From Paludibacteraceae bacterium (GTDB lineage: Bacteria; Bacteroidota; Bacteroidia; Bacteroidales; Paludibacteraceae), in assembly GCA_047973025.1 (NCBI GenBank), contig JBKEBE010000006.1:5386-69385 (forward strand): 64,000 bases of DNA. The letters are read 5' to 3'. The notes beneath the pieces were generated by a model. That model worked only from the letters and a program-made list of their open reading frames with translations, was not told the origin of the DNA and did no database searches. Shown here one piece after another: positions 54,248 through 64,000 of this stretch. The position numbers and the translations under genes are program-made. Within the stretch, counting starts at the first letter, position 1. Each line of letters begins with the position of its first letter.

Positions 54248-56173
54248 TTAATAACTAAATATTGCAATTGCGGTAATCAGCAACACACCGGCTAAGAAAA
54301 CCCAGGCGTACCATTGCAGGCTACCGGATTGAAATCCTTTGATTTTTTCGGATGTGCGACCGGTAACCCAAGCCATGCCATTCATCGCGCCATCGACCAC
54401 ATGACGGTCAAACCAAGCGAATGGACGTGAGATACCGTTGAAAATAATCTTCTTGGTAATAAAATTATAGACTTCGTCGATGTAAAATTTATTGTAGGAA
54501 GCTTTGTACAGTCCTTTGATTTTAGTTGCTATCTCGGCAGGACGTTTATTCTCATTCCTATACAGTACGCGAGCCAGTAATATTGCAGCTAAAGCGACTA
54601 ATACACTTATGATGGCTATTTTTAGGTCTAAATGAATGGCATACGGCGTATGGTCAGCGGTTACTAACTTTCCGAAGGGAATAAATCCACCGACAACAGT
54701 TAACAAAGCCAAGAACAGTAACGGGATAGACATTGAAAGCGGACTTTCGTGCGGTTTATGATCGCCGTGAGCTATGTATTCTTTTCCCCAAAATATGTTG
54801 TAATACAGTCGGAACATATAGAAAGCGGTAAGTCCGGCAGTAATGGTCATCCAAATACCCATTCCGGTACTGAAACCGTAAACGGCTGTCATGATTTCGT
54901 CTTTACTCACAAATCCGGAGAACGGCGGTATTCCCGCTATTGCCAAACAAGCGATAAGGAATGTAATGTGCGTAATGGGCATGTATTTTCGAAGCCCCCC
55001 CATATCTTTCATTTCGTTGCTATGTACGGCATGGATAATCGAACCTGCGCCCAAGAATAGCAAAGCTTTGAACATGGCGTGCGTAAACAAGTGAAACATG
55101 GAAGACATGTATCCCAGAGCACCGTGTTCGTGGTGATTAAGCTCCATACCGGTACTTACGCCAAGCGCCACCATCATGAATCCGATTTGAGAAATGGTCG
55201 AAAACGCGAGTACACGTTTTATATCGGTCTGCGTAATGGCGATTACAGCCGCGAACATGGCGGTAAATGCCCCTACATAGGCAATTCCGTGTAGGACTTC
55301 CGGTGTGAACCCGATGTAAATGGGAAATAAGCGGGCTACCAAATAAACGCCCGCAACAACCATCGTAGCCGCGTGGATAAGCGCTGAAACGGGCGTAGGA
55401 CCTTCCATAGCATCCGGTAGCCAAACATGTAATGGAAACATAGCCGATTTACCGGCTCCACCGATAAATATAAGAGCCATTGCCCACACCAACGCGCTTG
55501 TTCCCATAAAGGTTGAACCCAACGCCGTACTGAAAATGCTTCCATCGCCCGACATCAATTCGCCGAAGTTGAAAGTCTGCGTAAAAGATGATAGTACTAA
55601 AATACCGATTAAGAAAAAGAAATCGGCAAAACGAGTTACGATAAACGCCTTTTTAGATGCTCGGACAGCGGAAGGTTTCGTATAGTAAAAGCCGATGAGC
55701 AGGTAGGATGAAACGCCCACCAATTCCCAGAAAATATACATTTGGAAGATGTTGGTAGCCAGTACCAATCCGAGCATCGAAAACGAGAAAAGAGAAAGGA
55801 ATGCGTAATAACGCTGGAAACCTTTCTCGCCTTTCATGTAGCCCATACTGTATATGTGCACCATCAACGAAACGGTAGAAATGACTACCAGCATCATTAC
55901 CGAAATAGGGTCTATCAAAATGCCTAAATCGATATGAAGACGTTCACCCACATTTAACCACGTGAAGTTGTAAGGGGTTAGCGTTTGCCAAGCGCCATTC
56001 ACTTTTTCCGCCGTAAAATATTGAAATGCCGTAAAGTACGAAAGTACAGTTACCAATCCCAACGAAATGGTCCCTACCAATCCGGCGGTACACGGTTTAA
56101 GTCTCGCTCCCAACAAACCAATGGCTAAAAAGGTTAGCAAAGGAAGCAATAAAATTAAAATGGTATATTCCAT
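54248..56173 (-). CDS. nuoL: NADH-quinone oxidoreductase subunit L
   Basis: 641 aa, the longest antiporter-like subunit, with a C-terminal extension. Confidence 0.85.
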   Translation of the reverse strand: MEYTILILLLPLLTFLAIGLLGARLKPCTAGLVGTISLGLVTVLSYFTAFQYFTAEKVNGAWQTLTPYNFTWLNVGERLHIDLGILIDPISVMMLVVISTVSLMVHIYSMGYMKGEKGFQRYYAFLSLFSFSMLGLVLATNIFQMYIFWELVGVSSYLLIGFYYTKPSAVRASKKAFIVTRFADFFFLIGILVLSSFTQTFNFGELMSGDGSIFSTALGSTFMGTSALVWAMALIFIGGAGKSAMFPLHVWLPDAMEGPTPVSALIHAATMVVAGVYLVARLFPIYIGFTPEVLHGIAYVGAFTAMFAAVIAITQTDIKRVLAFSTISQIGFMMVALGVSTGMELNHHEHGALGYMSSMFHLFTHAMFKALLFLGAGSIIHAVHSNEMKDMGGLRKYMPITHITFLIACLAIAGIPPFSGFVSKDEIMTAVYGFSTGMGIWMTITAGLTAFYMFRLYYNIFWGKEYIAHGDHKPHESPLSMSIPLLFLALLTVVGGFIPFGKLVTADHTPYAIHLDLKIAIISVLVALAAILLARVLYRNENKRPAEIATKIKGLYKASYNKFYIDEVYNFITKKIIFNGISRPFAWFDRHVVDGAMNGMAWVTGRTSEKIKGFQSGSLQWYAWVFLAGVLLITAIAIFSY

Positions 56174-56294
56174 AAAAAGTAGTATATATGCTCTTAGAGT
56201 CTCTACTATAAAGAATTTGAGCGTTTATCCAAGTATCTAATCGTTTTTATTTCAATTTTTTTCCAAAATTAGGAAATTCTATTCCTACATTTTT

Positions 56295-56636
56295 CTATTC
56301 CTTCATTTCATGTATATTGTCCACATCGGTATTGCCGAATTTTCGATACACATTGATGATGATAGCAATAGCGACGGCTGTTTCACAGGCGGCAATGGCT
56401 ATGACAAAAAGTGCGTAAAACATCCCTTCCATTTGTCCCGGATGAAGATAACGGTTGAAAACGGCGAAGTTTAAATCCACCGCGTTCAAAATCAATTCTA
56501 CCGAAACCAGCATTAAAATCAGGTTCTTACGAGTAAAAAAACCGTAAATACCGGCAAAAAACATAATCAGCCCGACAAGCAAAAAGGCTGTCATAGGTAT
56601 TGTCGCGCCGGATGTATTTATTAATATCTCTCCCAT
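56295..56636 (-). CDS. nuoK: NADH-quinone oxidoreductase subunit K
   Basis: About 100-113 aa with 3 TM segments and the VELILNAVNL-like motif VSVELILNAVDLNF. The start could instead be the internal Met at codon 15. Confidence 0.8.
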   Translation of the reverse strand: MGEILINTSGATIPMTAFLLVGLIMFFAGIYGFFTRKNLILMLVSVELILNAVDLNFAVFNRYLHPGQMEGMFYALFVIAIAACETAVAIAIIINVYRKFGNTDVDNIHEMKE

Positions 56637-56643
56637 AGTGTGT

Positions 56644-57177
56644 TTATTTATCTAAATCGTTACCGGTATTATCTACATTTTTTTCTTTACGGGCAATTAA
56701 TATCGCTCCTACGATACATGCCAGTAAAAGTACGCTTACCACTTCAAACGGAAGCAGGAATTGATATTTCTCTGTACCCATCATAGTTGTACCGATGTCT
56801 TGCATCTTCAGTTCGCTTCCTTTTACGAAAGTATATACGCGGGTTACATTCGCTACAATGATATAGCCGCAAAGGATTAAGCCACCAATAGCCAATAAAG
56901 CGGAACTGCGTACTTTCCAACTCATTTTGGTCATAAATTCATCGCCGGGTTTGTGCGTGAGAAATATTGCCATGATGAACAGCACCATGATACCGCCCGC
57001 GTACACGGCTATTTGTACTGTAAACAGATAAGTGTAATTGAGTATCAGGAATAATCCGGCAGTAGCCAATAGCACAAAAAGCAGGTAAGTTGCCGAGCGA
57101 ATGACTTTCTTGCTCGTAACAGCCAATACCGAGAATACAGCTATTACTAATGCTAAAATGAAAAATAGGATTGTCAT
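56644..57177 (-). CDS. nuoJ: NADH-quinone oxidoreductase subunit J
   Basis: 177-aa hydrophobic protein. Assigned by position. Confidence 0.8.
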   Translation of the reverse strand: MTILFFILALVIAVFSVLAVTSKKVIRSATYLLFVLLATAGLFLILNYTYLFTVQIAVYAGGIMVLFIMAIFLTHKPGDEFMTKMSWKVRSSALLAIGGLILCGYIIVANVTRVYTFVKGSELKMQDIGTTMMGTEKYQFLLPFEVVSVLLLACIVGAILIARKEKNVDNTGNDLDK

Positions 57178-57256
57178 GTTACATTACCCCCGAAGGGAAA
57201 ATTTATGGTGTTAGTACGTAATTATTTATCTTATTTCAAACGGTTTTTATTGAGAG

Positions 57257-57808
57257 TCAGGCATTATCATCACTCTTTTCTTGAACTGTGGAAGATGCTT
57301 CGGCTTCGTTCTTTTCAACTTTCGGTGGCGCGTCTTTTTTCTTCTTCTCTCTGAGTTTACTTCCCGGTTGATTGAGCTGATGCACTAATTTGCTCCTGTC
57401 AAACATGGCACCTTCAAAATCGTTGTTGAAAAAAATAGCATCAGACGGACAGGTAATCACACACAGGTTACAGAACGTACACATTCCATAATCCCAAATA
57501 TGCTTGTCAAGCACTTTTTTCTTCCGACCTTCTTCGTTTTCAATCAATTCGGTAGTAACGGTAATCGTTCCGTTCGGGCAGTTTGTCATACATATTCCGC
57601 AAGCCGTACAGGCGTGTTCGTTATTTTCATCGTGTGGCATGTACAATTCGGAACGCCAACGGTCAGAAATAACCAACGATTCCCTATTCTCAGGATATTG
57701 CATGGTTACTTTTTTCGTCCAAAGTTCCTTCCACGTAACCATCAAGCCACCCGCAAGAGACTTTACCGCGGTAAAGATTCCGGAAATATATTTTACAAAT
57801 GAATTCAT
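57257..57808 (-). CDS. nuoI: NADH-quinone oxidoreductase subunit I (2x[4Fe-4S]) with a Lys-rich C-terminal tail
   Basis: It has the two ferredoxin motifs CTACGICMTNCP and CTFCNLCVITCP. Confidence 0.85.
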   Translation of the reverse strand: MNSFVKYISGIFTAVKSLAGGLMVTWKELWTKKVTMQYPENRESLVISDRWRSELYMPHDENNEHACTACGICMTNCPNGTITVTTELIENEEGRKKKVLDKHIWDYGMCTFCNLCVITCPSDAIFFNNDFEGAMFDRSKLVHQLNQPGSKLREKKKKDAPPKVEKNEAEASSTVQEKSDDNA

Positions 57809-57893
57809 TATTTATATTTTTAAATGCCTGATTTAAGCCAGATAGGCAATATATGCTTTTTGAATAATTTATTATCTGAAAAAATAACTACAA

Positions 57894-59021
57894 CTACGGT
57901 GTAATACCAAATACATTCGGGAACCAATCGGAAAGCGTCCATCCGGCGAGTACCATGATTACCATGACCAACGTATTTACTAAGTTGATGGGTAATAGGT
58001 ATTTCCATTCCAAATTCAGCAACAAGTCAATCCGCAAACGCGGGAATGACCAGCGCACCCACAAACTCAGAAATACCAAAAATCCGGCTTTGGCAAAGAA
58101 CCATACATACGAAGGGATATACCACATTACTTGGTTAAAAGTGTCCCAGCCTTGAATCTGAATAGGCATCCAACCGCCTAAGAATACAGTGGCGGCAATC
58201 GCGGCAATGATAAACATGTTCAGGTATTCTGCCAAATAGAAAAATCCGAATTGCAAACCGGAATATTCGGTGTGATAACCTGCGGTAAGTTCGCCTTCGG
58301 CTTCGGGCATGTCGAACGGACCGCGGTTGGTCTCGGCGTGTCCCGAAATCAAATAGATGACAAACGCGATAATTGCCGGAATGTGTCCGTTGAAGATGTT
58401 CCAAACATAGCGTTGATTCTCAACCATTTCGGAGAATTGCATGGTACCGCTCAATATGACGATAGTCATCAAGGCAAATCCCGCCGAAAGTTCATAACTC
58501 ACAAACTGCGCACCACTCCGCATGGCACCAATCATGGAGTATTTGTTGTTGCTCGACCATCCGGCAAGCAATACGCCAATGATGCCGAGCGAAGAAACGG
58601 CAAGTACATACACCATGCCAATGTTAAAATCGACTGCTTGCAAACCTTTTCCGAAGGGAATGGCACCAAACGCCAATACCGAAGATACAATCACAAAAAA
58701 AGGCGCGGCATAATACAGAAATTTATCGACACTATTGATATGAATAATTTCCTTAATCAGGATTTTTACCATATCCGCAAGACTCTGGATAACGCCGTAT
58801 TTGCCTAATCGGTTCGGACCCAGGCGGGCTTGAAAAAATGCCGTAATTTTTCGTTCGATGTAGATAAGTGCCAACGCGATAATGGCGTAAGCCGCTAAAA
58901 CCGCGATTAATATTAGCGCGCCTTCTACCAGCGTTGCCCAAAATGGCGACATGTTGCTCGTGAAAAATGCGTGTAGATTGGCAAGCAGTCTGTCAAGCTC
59001 TAATGGTTGTTTATATTCCAT
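57894..59021 (-). CDS. nuoH: NADH-quinone oxidoreductase subunit H
   Basis: 375-aa polytopic protein with typical NuoH/ND1 segments ([22 protein letters not shown]). Confidence 0.9.
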   Translation of the reverse strand: MEYKQPLELDRLLANLHAFFTSNMSPFWATLVEGALILIAVLAAYAIIALALIYIERKITAFFQARLGPNRLGKYGVIQSLADMVKILIKEIIHINSVDKFLYYAAPFFVIVSSVLAFGAIPFGKGLQAVDFNIGMVYVLAVSSLGIIGVLLAGWSSNNKYSMIGAMRSGAQFVSYELSAGFALMTIVILSGTMQFSEMVENQRYVWNIFNGHIPAIIAFVIYLISGHAETNRGPFDMPEAEGELTAGYHTEYSGLQFGFFYLAEYLNMFIIAAIAATVFLGGWMPIQIQGWDTFNQVMWYIPSYVWFFAKAGFLVFLSLWVRWSFPRLRIDLLLNLEWKYLLPINLVNTLVMVIMVLAGWTLSDWFPNVFGITP

Positions 59022-59170
59022 ACTATAAATAAAAATCTCCTATTTCCTTTCGGAACAGTCTGTCGGAATTTTATACAATTCGTTTTTTACTAAAAAATTT
59101 CAATTCAATTTCTCCGCGAAAGCTTCTCCGGCAAATAACCAAAACATACTTCACACCATGAAGTTAATAT

Positions 59171-60802
59171 CTACCGATCAATATCGGGGATAACGTAATC
59201 CATAGACCCACCAATACCGATGAAGTCGGCAAGCAATTCTCCTTTACAAATCAAAGGCATAACCGCGACGGCAGGCAACGATGGCGAGCGGAATTTTACC
59301 CGATAGGGAGACTTATCGCCCTTACTTTCGATAAATACCGAAAACTCTCCTTTTCCGGCTTCCACGCTTTGGAAGAATTGACCTTCCGGTATGCGAATGA
59401 TGGGTTTTACTTTAGCCAGTATATCCCCTTCGGGAATGTTATCAATCAGTTGCTCAATGATATGCAACGATTGTTCGATTTCATCTAACCGATTCAGATA
59501 ACGCGCGTAGCTGTCGCCTTCGGTACGAATGATTTCTTTGAACTCTACCTGGTCGTAAAGCGCGTAAGGTTTGTATTTACGCACATCGCAAGACCAACCC
59601 GAACCCCGTCCGGCAGGACCGGTAACCGCGTAACTGATCGCATCGTCTTTCGATAGATTACCTACGTTTACCATACGGTTCAGCGTAATGGGGTTGTGCG
59701 AGAAGAAATTATCGTATTCCACCAATTTTTCGCGCATATAGGGGATAAACGCTTTTACGTCTTTTTGAAAATCGGGGTAGATGTCGAACATCACACCGCC
59801 TACTACGTTTTGGTTGATGATTAGTCGTCCGCCACAAGTCTTGTCAAAAATATCCAGCACGTGTTCGCGTTCGCGAATGCCGTAGATAAAAGCAGTAGTC
59901 GCCCCAAGGTCGTTGCAGTGAGCCGCCCAAGCTATCAGGTGTGAACTGATGCGGTTCAACTCGTCCATGATTACTCGGATATATTGAGCGCGTGCGGGTA
60001 TTTCGGCTTCGATCGCTTTTTCGATACACATGCACAGTGCGTGGCGGTTGATGCCCGCGGAAAGATAATCCAACCGGTCGGTCAGGTGTAAAATTTGCGG
60101 ATAAGTCATGCTTTCCGTCATCTTTTCGATACCGCGATGGATATAACCGCTGTTGACATCTATTTTTTTTACGATTTCACCGTTCAGCGCGGTGCGAAAG
60201 TGCATGACACCGTGTGTGGAAGGGTGCTGTGGTCCAATATTGATGATGTAGTCGTTTTCATTAAAAATGGGTGTGGTACTTTCGACAAGTTTGCCGCTTT
60301 CATCTTCCATGATACGTGGCGCGATGTCTTCTATTTCTTTATTGGCAATGGTGATGGGATTAAGCGTCGGATCGGCATCGTAATCTTTGCGAAGCGGGAA
60401 TCCTTTCCAATCGTCGGCGAGTAGGAAACGGCGCATATCCGGATTGTTGATGAAACGGATGCCGAGCATGGCGTAAACTTCGCGCTCGTTTAAGTGGGCT
60501 GTTTCGTACAAATCGGTAATGGAGTAAAGTAATGGATTTTCACGGTCTTCCGTAGCCGTGATGACAACCAACTCCTTGCTCATATCTTTTGATGAAGCGA
60601 ACAGATAAATGACGCCTAATTTTTCGCCCCAATCCATTCCAATCAAACTGATTAAGTAGTCGAAAGGTAATTTGGGATTGCTGTGAAGCGTTTTTACGAG
60701 CGGATGAAGTTGTTTGGGCTCGACTGTTACGGTCAGTTTTTGCTTTTCTTCGATTACCGCATCAGGAACGGCTGAAAGGATAATGTCGTTGATGTCTTTC
60801 AT
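59171..60802 (-). CDS. nuoCD: Fused NADH-quinone oxidoreductase subunits C and D
   Basis: 543 aa. The N-terminal ~170 aa are NuoC-like. The remainder is NuoD-like (GPQHPSTHGV .. C-terminal DYVIPDIDR). Confidence 0.9.
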   Translation of the reverse strand: MKDINDIILSAVPDAVIEEKQKLTVTVEPKQLHPLVKTLHSNPKLPFDYLISLIGMDWGEKLGVIYLFASSKDMSKELVVITATEDRENPLLYSITDLYETAHLNEREVYAMLGIRFINNPDMRRFLLADDWKGFPLRKDYDADPTLNPITIANKEIEDIAPRIMEDESGKLVESTTPIFNENDYIINIGPQHPSTHGVMHFRTALNGEIVKKIDVNSGYIHRGIEKMTESMTYPQILHLTDRLDYLSAGINRHALCMCIEKAIEAEIPARAQYIRVIMDELNRISSHLIAWAAHCNDLGATTAFIYGIREREHVLDIFDKTCGGRLIINQNVVGGVMFDIYPDFQKDVKAFIPYMREKLVEYDNFFSHNPITLNRMVNVGNLSKDDAISYAVTGPAGRGSGWSCDVRKYKPYALYDQVEFKEIIRTEGDSYARYLNRLDEIEQSLHIIEQLIDNIPEGDILAKVKPIIRIPEGQFFQSVEAGKGEFSVFIESKGDKSPYRVKFRSPSLPAVAVMPLICKGELLADFIGIGGSMDYVIPDIDR

Positions 60803-60971
60803 GTGAACTTTATGGCTACTCTTTATCCCTTCATGCGGGGGATGTTATCACGTTTTTTCGTTACTTTAGCTTTTAATAGGTTTGAGACTTACCATTTTGC
60901 CGGTCATTTATTTCTTTTTACTAAAAAATAAAACTTACGCGGATGGGTCTGCCTAAACTCGATTCTTTATA

Positions 60972-61637
60972 TTAACGATTCGGAAATTCGTTTTTCACGT
61001 CAACGGCTTCACCTGTTTTCGGGTCAATCAATGTTGCCGGATTGTATGGACGCACAATGCGTTTGTTTCCGAAGAATTTTTCGGCTTTCACTTTGCGCTG
61101 CAACTGAAGTAATCCGTAAAATAGCGATTCGGGACGTGGCGGACAGCCGGGAATGTACACATCTACCGGGATGATTTTGTCGGCTCCGTTGATGACGTGG
61201 TACGAGTCAACGAAAGGTCCTCCTGAAATAGCACAAGCTCCCATGGCTACGACATATTTAGGTTCTGCCATCTGGTCGTAAACCCGACGAAGAAGTGGAC
61301 CCATCTTATGAACAATGGTACCGGCGACGACCATTAAGTCAGCCTGACGCGGACTGTTACGGGTAACTTCCATCCCGAAGCGAGCCAAATCATAGTGAGC
61401 GGCGGCGGCAGCCATAAATTCGATTCCGCAGCAACTTGTGGCAAAGGCAAGGGGCCAAAGCGAGTTGGCTCGTCCCCAGTTGATCATTTGGTCTAACTTA
61501 CCGACAACGACATTGGTTCCACCGGCATTCAGCTCATCAATATAGGATTGAAGGGTATCGTTGTCTTTAAAATCCTCGGCAGGAAGCGCCTTTATTTTTA
61601 CTTTATTTACGTCCATTTCAAAATACCTTTTCTCCAT
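60972..61637 (-). CDS. nuoB: NADH-quinone oxidoreductase subunit B
   Basis: It has [10 protein letters not shown] and GCPPRPE. The start may be the internal MDVNKV. Confidence 0.9.
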   Translation of the reverse strand: MEKRYFEMDVNKVKIKALPAEDFKDNDTLQSYIDELNAGGTNVVVGKLDQMINWGRANSLWPLAFATSCCGIEFMAAAAAHYDLARFGMEVTRNSPRQADLMVVAGTIVHKMGPLLRRVYDQMAEPKYVVAMGACAISGGPFVDSYHVINGADKIIPVDVYIPGCPPRPESLFYGLLQLQRKVKAEKFFGNKRIVRPYNPATLIDPKTGEAVDVKNEFPNR

Positions 61638-61960
61638 GCATAGGCAAGGCCTAAGCCCAGAATTACGATGAAAATGAGAATACTAATCAATCCGCTCATC
61701 CCGAGTTGACGAACAACGGTAGACCAAGGAAACAAAAAAATTGTTTCTATGTCAAACATTAGAAACAAAATAGCATACAGGTAATAGCCTACCCGGAACT
61801 GCATCCACGATGTGCCGTGAGTGGGAAGACCGCATTCATACGGTTCGCCTTTTTGGAAATTGATTGATTTGGGGGATAAAAGAATAGCCGCCGTCAGACC
61901 GACAACGACCAGCGTTATCCCTGCGAGCAGTACCACTACGAAGAGTGATTGAGTATCCAT
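61607..61960 (-). CDS. nuoA: NADH-quinone oxidoreductase subunit A
   Basis: 117 aa with 3 TM segments and YECG..P, typical of NuoA/ND3. Confidence 0.85.
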   Translation of the reverse strand: MDTQSLFVVVLLAGITLVVVGLTAAILLSPKSINFQKGEPYECGLPTHGTSWMQFRVGYYLYAILFLMFDIETIFLFPWSTVVRQLGMSGLISILIFIVILGLGLAYAWRKGILKWT

Positions 61961-62281
61961 AGGAATATAGTTAAACGTTTAGAGTGTATAAATATATTAC
62001 AAAAAATCCGGCTAACAGAAATAAAAAACGCCGGATAGATAAACTGAGTAGAAAATTGTTTTCAAAACGGTGCAAAGGTAACGAATTCTTTTTGTATAAT
62101 CTATTATTTTTATTGAAAAATATAGGATTTTGTAAAGTCGAGTTTGCAAAATGACATGTAAAACAGCTTGAATAAGCGTGGTTAAAGTCCCATGTTTGTA
62201 TTGATTGACTCTTGAAAACGAAAAAATCTGTATCTTTGCATATAGTTTTACCCAAAATAGAGTAATAAAAAATTATTTTGA

Positions 62282-63121
62282 ATGGAATATACAACCGTCA
62301 TCAAGCCTAAAAACACGCTTTTTGAAGTTGATTTGAAGGAGATTTGGCAATATCGAGACTTGCTTTCCATGTTTGTCAAGCGCGATATTGTTACGCAATA
62401 CAAACAAACCATCTTGGGACCCGCTTGGTTTTTTATCCAACCGGCGTTGACAACGATAATGTATATGGTGGTTTTTGGCGGTATAGCCAAAATCAGCACG
62501 GACGGACTCCCGCAACCTATGTTTTACTTGGCGGGTATCGTGCTTTGGCAGTATTTCGCGGATTGTCTGAATAAAACGTCCGGCACTTTTGTTGCGAATC
62601 AAGGCATTTTCGGTAAAGTCTATTTCCCGAGACTGATTGTGCCGCTGTCCAACGTTGTTTCCAATCTGGTAAAAATGGGTATTCAGTTCCTGCTTTTCGT
62701 GGTTGTATATATTTATTACGTAATAATTGGTGTAAATGTCGCTCCGAATGCTTACGCCCTACTTTTCCCGATACTGATAGTAATGCTTGCCGGCTTGGCA
62801 CTCGGGTTTGGAATAATTATCTCGTCCATGACGACCAAATACCGTGATTTGACCATTTTGTTTACTTTTGTAGTACAGCTGTGGATGTACGCTACGCCGG
62901 TAATTTATCCGATGAGTACTATTAAAAACGAGACGCTTCGGCTTGCCATGTCGTTGAATCCGCTTACATCTATTTTTGAAGCGTTCAAATATGGGATGAT
63001 GGGTGTCGGGGAGTTTAGCTGGGTACAGTTGGGATATAGTTTTGTATTTATGATCGTACTATTGGTAATCGGGATAGTTGTCTTTAATAAAGTGCAAAAA
63101 AGTTTTATGGATACCGTTTAA
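62282..63121 (+). CDS. ABC-2 type transporter permease (Wzm/TagG-like polysaccharide exporter)
   Basis: 279 aa with 6 TM segments. The N-terminal LKEIWQYRDLLSMFVKRDIVTQYKQTILGPAWFFIQP is typical of Wzm-type permeases. Confidence 0.8.
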   Translation: MEYTTVIKPKNTLFEVDLKEIWQYRDLLSMFVKRDIVTQYKQTILGPAWFFIQPALTTIMYMVVFGGIAKISTDGLPQPMFYLAGIVLWQYFADCLNKTSGTFVANQGIFGKVYFPRLIVPLSNVVSNLVKMGIQFLLFVVVYIYYVIIGVNVAPNAYALLFPILIVMLAGLALGFGIIISSMTTKYRDLTILFTFVVQLWMYATPVIYPMSTIKNETLRLAMSLNPLTSIFEAFKYGMMGVGEFSWVQLGYSFVFMIVLLVIGIVVFNKVQKSFMDTV

Positions 63122-63137
63122 TAAAAAAATTTCCTTA

Positions 63138-63506
63138 GTGAACTATTTATACATATTAGGAACCATTGTCTTTACCGTCTATGGGCAGATTATTTTGAAA
63201 TGGCGGATATTGAAGATGAACTGGCAACCCAAGACGGATACCCTTTGGGTGGCAGTTACCGATTATCTGAAGTTTCTGTTCGACCCCTTTATTTTCTCCG
63301 GATTTTTGTCGGCTTTTATCGCTTCCGTATTTTGGATGCTGGCTATGACCAAGTTTGAAATAACGCGCGCCTATCCGTTTATGAGTTTATCGCCTGCTAT
63401 TGTTTTTATTTTGGGTATTTGGTTGCTGAATGAACAATTTACGTGGGGAAAAGTGATTGGATTGGGTTTGATTATTATAGGTACGATTGTAACTGTACGA
63501 TTTTAA
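63138..63506 (+). CDS. Small 4-TM DMT/EamA-like protein (ArnE/ArnF- or GtrA-like flippase candidate)
   Basis: Hydrophobic ORF. The start is uncertain (GTG 63138 or TTG 63078), with no in-frame ATG near the 5' end. It directly precedes a GT2 gene. Confidence 0.5.
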   Translation: MNYLYILGTIVFTVYGQIILKWRILKMNWQPKTDTLWVAVTDYLKFLFDPFIFSGFLSAFIASVFWMLAMTKFEITRAYPFMSLSPAIVFILGIWLLNEQFTWGKVIGLGLIIIGTIVTVRF

Positions 63507-63514
63507 CTGAAAAT

Positions 63515-64000
63515 ATGGAATATGCAATTCACATATCGGTTGTTTCTCCCGTTTACAAAGCCGAAAATATTGTTTCGGAGCTTGTGAAACAGGTGAAAGA
63601 AGCTGTTTCGACTATCAGCGAAGATTTTGAAATTATTTTGGTCAACGATGCTTCTCCCGATAATTCATGGGGTAAAATTGTGGAAGAGTGCGGTAAGGAT
63701 AAGCGTGTGAAGGGGATAGACCTGAGCCGCAATTTTGGACAGCATTACGCCATCACTGCCGGATTGAATTACGCCAAAGGCGAATGGGTGGTGGTAATGG
63801 ACTGCGACTTGCAGGATAGACCGGACGAAATACCGAATTTGTACCGGAAAGCGCAAGAAGGATGGGATAGTGTGTTTGCCCAACGAACTGTTCGAAACGA
63901 TAGCTTTGTTAAGAAAATATTCTCAAAGGCGTTTTATAGATTATTCAGTTACTTAACAGAAACCAAGCAAGACGCGTCGGTGGCTAATTTTGGGATTTAT
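63515..64000 (+). CDS. Family-2 glycosyltransferase (ArnC/GtrB-like polyprenyl-phosphate glycosyltransferase), 3'-truncated by the window edge
   Basis: It is absent from the ORF track because it runs off the window. It reads MEYAIHISVVSPVYKAE.., LVNDASPD and VVMDCDLQD (DxD), and is open for 162 codons to the edge. Confidence 0.8.
   Translation, partial: MEYAIHISVVSPVYKAENIVSELVKQVKEAVSTISEDFEIILVNDASPDNSWGKIVEECGKDKRVKGIDLSRNFGQHYAITAGLNYAKGEWVVVMDCDLQDRPDEIPNLYRKAQEGWDSVFAQRTVRNDSFVKKIFSKAFYRLFSYLTETKQDASVANFGIY

Noticed and set aside
57181-57200. Short C/G hairpins in the nuo spacers (cccccgaaggg at ~57186 and atccc..gggat at ~60826) as extra copies of the transposon hairpin family.
   Set aside because: They lack the conserved AGCCC..AAA / TTTGG.TGGGCT arm. 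They are probably unrelated small stem-loops.
51287-60424. Numerous 60-185-aa alternative-frame ORFs inside the nuo genes on both strands.
   Set aside because: All are embedded in long, well-supported membrane-subunit genes, and their compositions are not protein-like.

Overview
The window looks like a Bacteroidota (Bacteroidales-like) chromosome. This is based on TAnnTTTG-type promoters, T9SS sorting domains, a Bat aerotolerance operon and an 11-subunit nuo operon.

Positions 1 to about 18.95 kb are the right-hand part of a CTnDOT-type conjugative transposon, cut by the window edge. It contains traG(partial)-traI-J-K-L-M-N-O-Q, a visibly AT-richer cargo island, a minus-strand pcfJ/pcfK-type accessory operon, an ~830-bp non-coding gap and a tyrosine integrase. 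It abuts the 3' end of tRNA-Gly(GCC).

The cargo island (7.9-12.7 kb) is the best candidate for something new. It has two divergent, tightly packed operons:
- a fused XRE-HTH/ImmA-IrrE metallopeptidase followed by a PIN-like protein
- DUF2188, patatin phospholipase, CD-NTase and an E2-like protein, which resembles type II-short CBASS with an extra leading cistron and an E2 carrying a C-terminal Cys/His cluster

The transposon also carries at least 10 copies of a ~25-31-nt C/G-tract hairpin element. None was seen in the 45 kb of flanking chromosome. One copy sits in frame inside traO, and three overlap stop codons.

The remainder is mostly core genome: a CotH/T9SS protein, bifunctional nuclease, nucleoside permease, surface proteins, tsaB, an OmpA-family gene, aroA/aroE, rsmE, moxR-DUF58-batABCDE, a PAP2 phosphatase, nuoA-B-CD-H-I-J-K-L-M-N, and the start of a glycan-export/glycosyltransferase cluster.

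A small decayed accessory islet lies at 24.7-28.4 kb. It holds a C-protein-like HTH with an overlapping 47-codon ORF, a class-II-like Fic gene bracketed by ~81-bp direct repeats, a 28-nt tandem repeat, and a pseudogene with two in-frame stops.

All calls come from reading the sequence and translations by eye. No database search was run.
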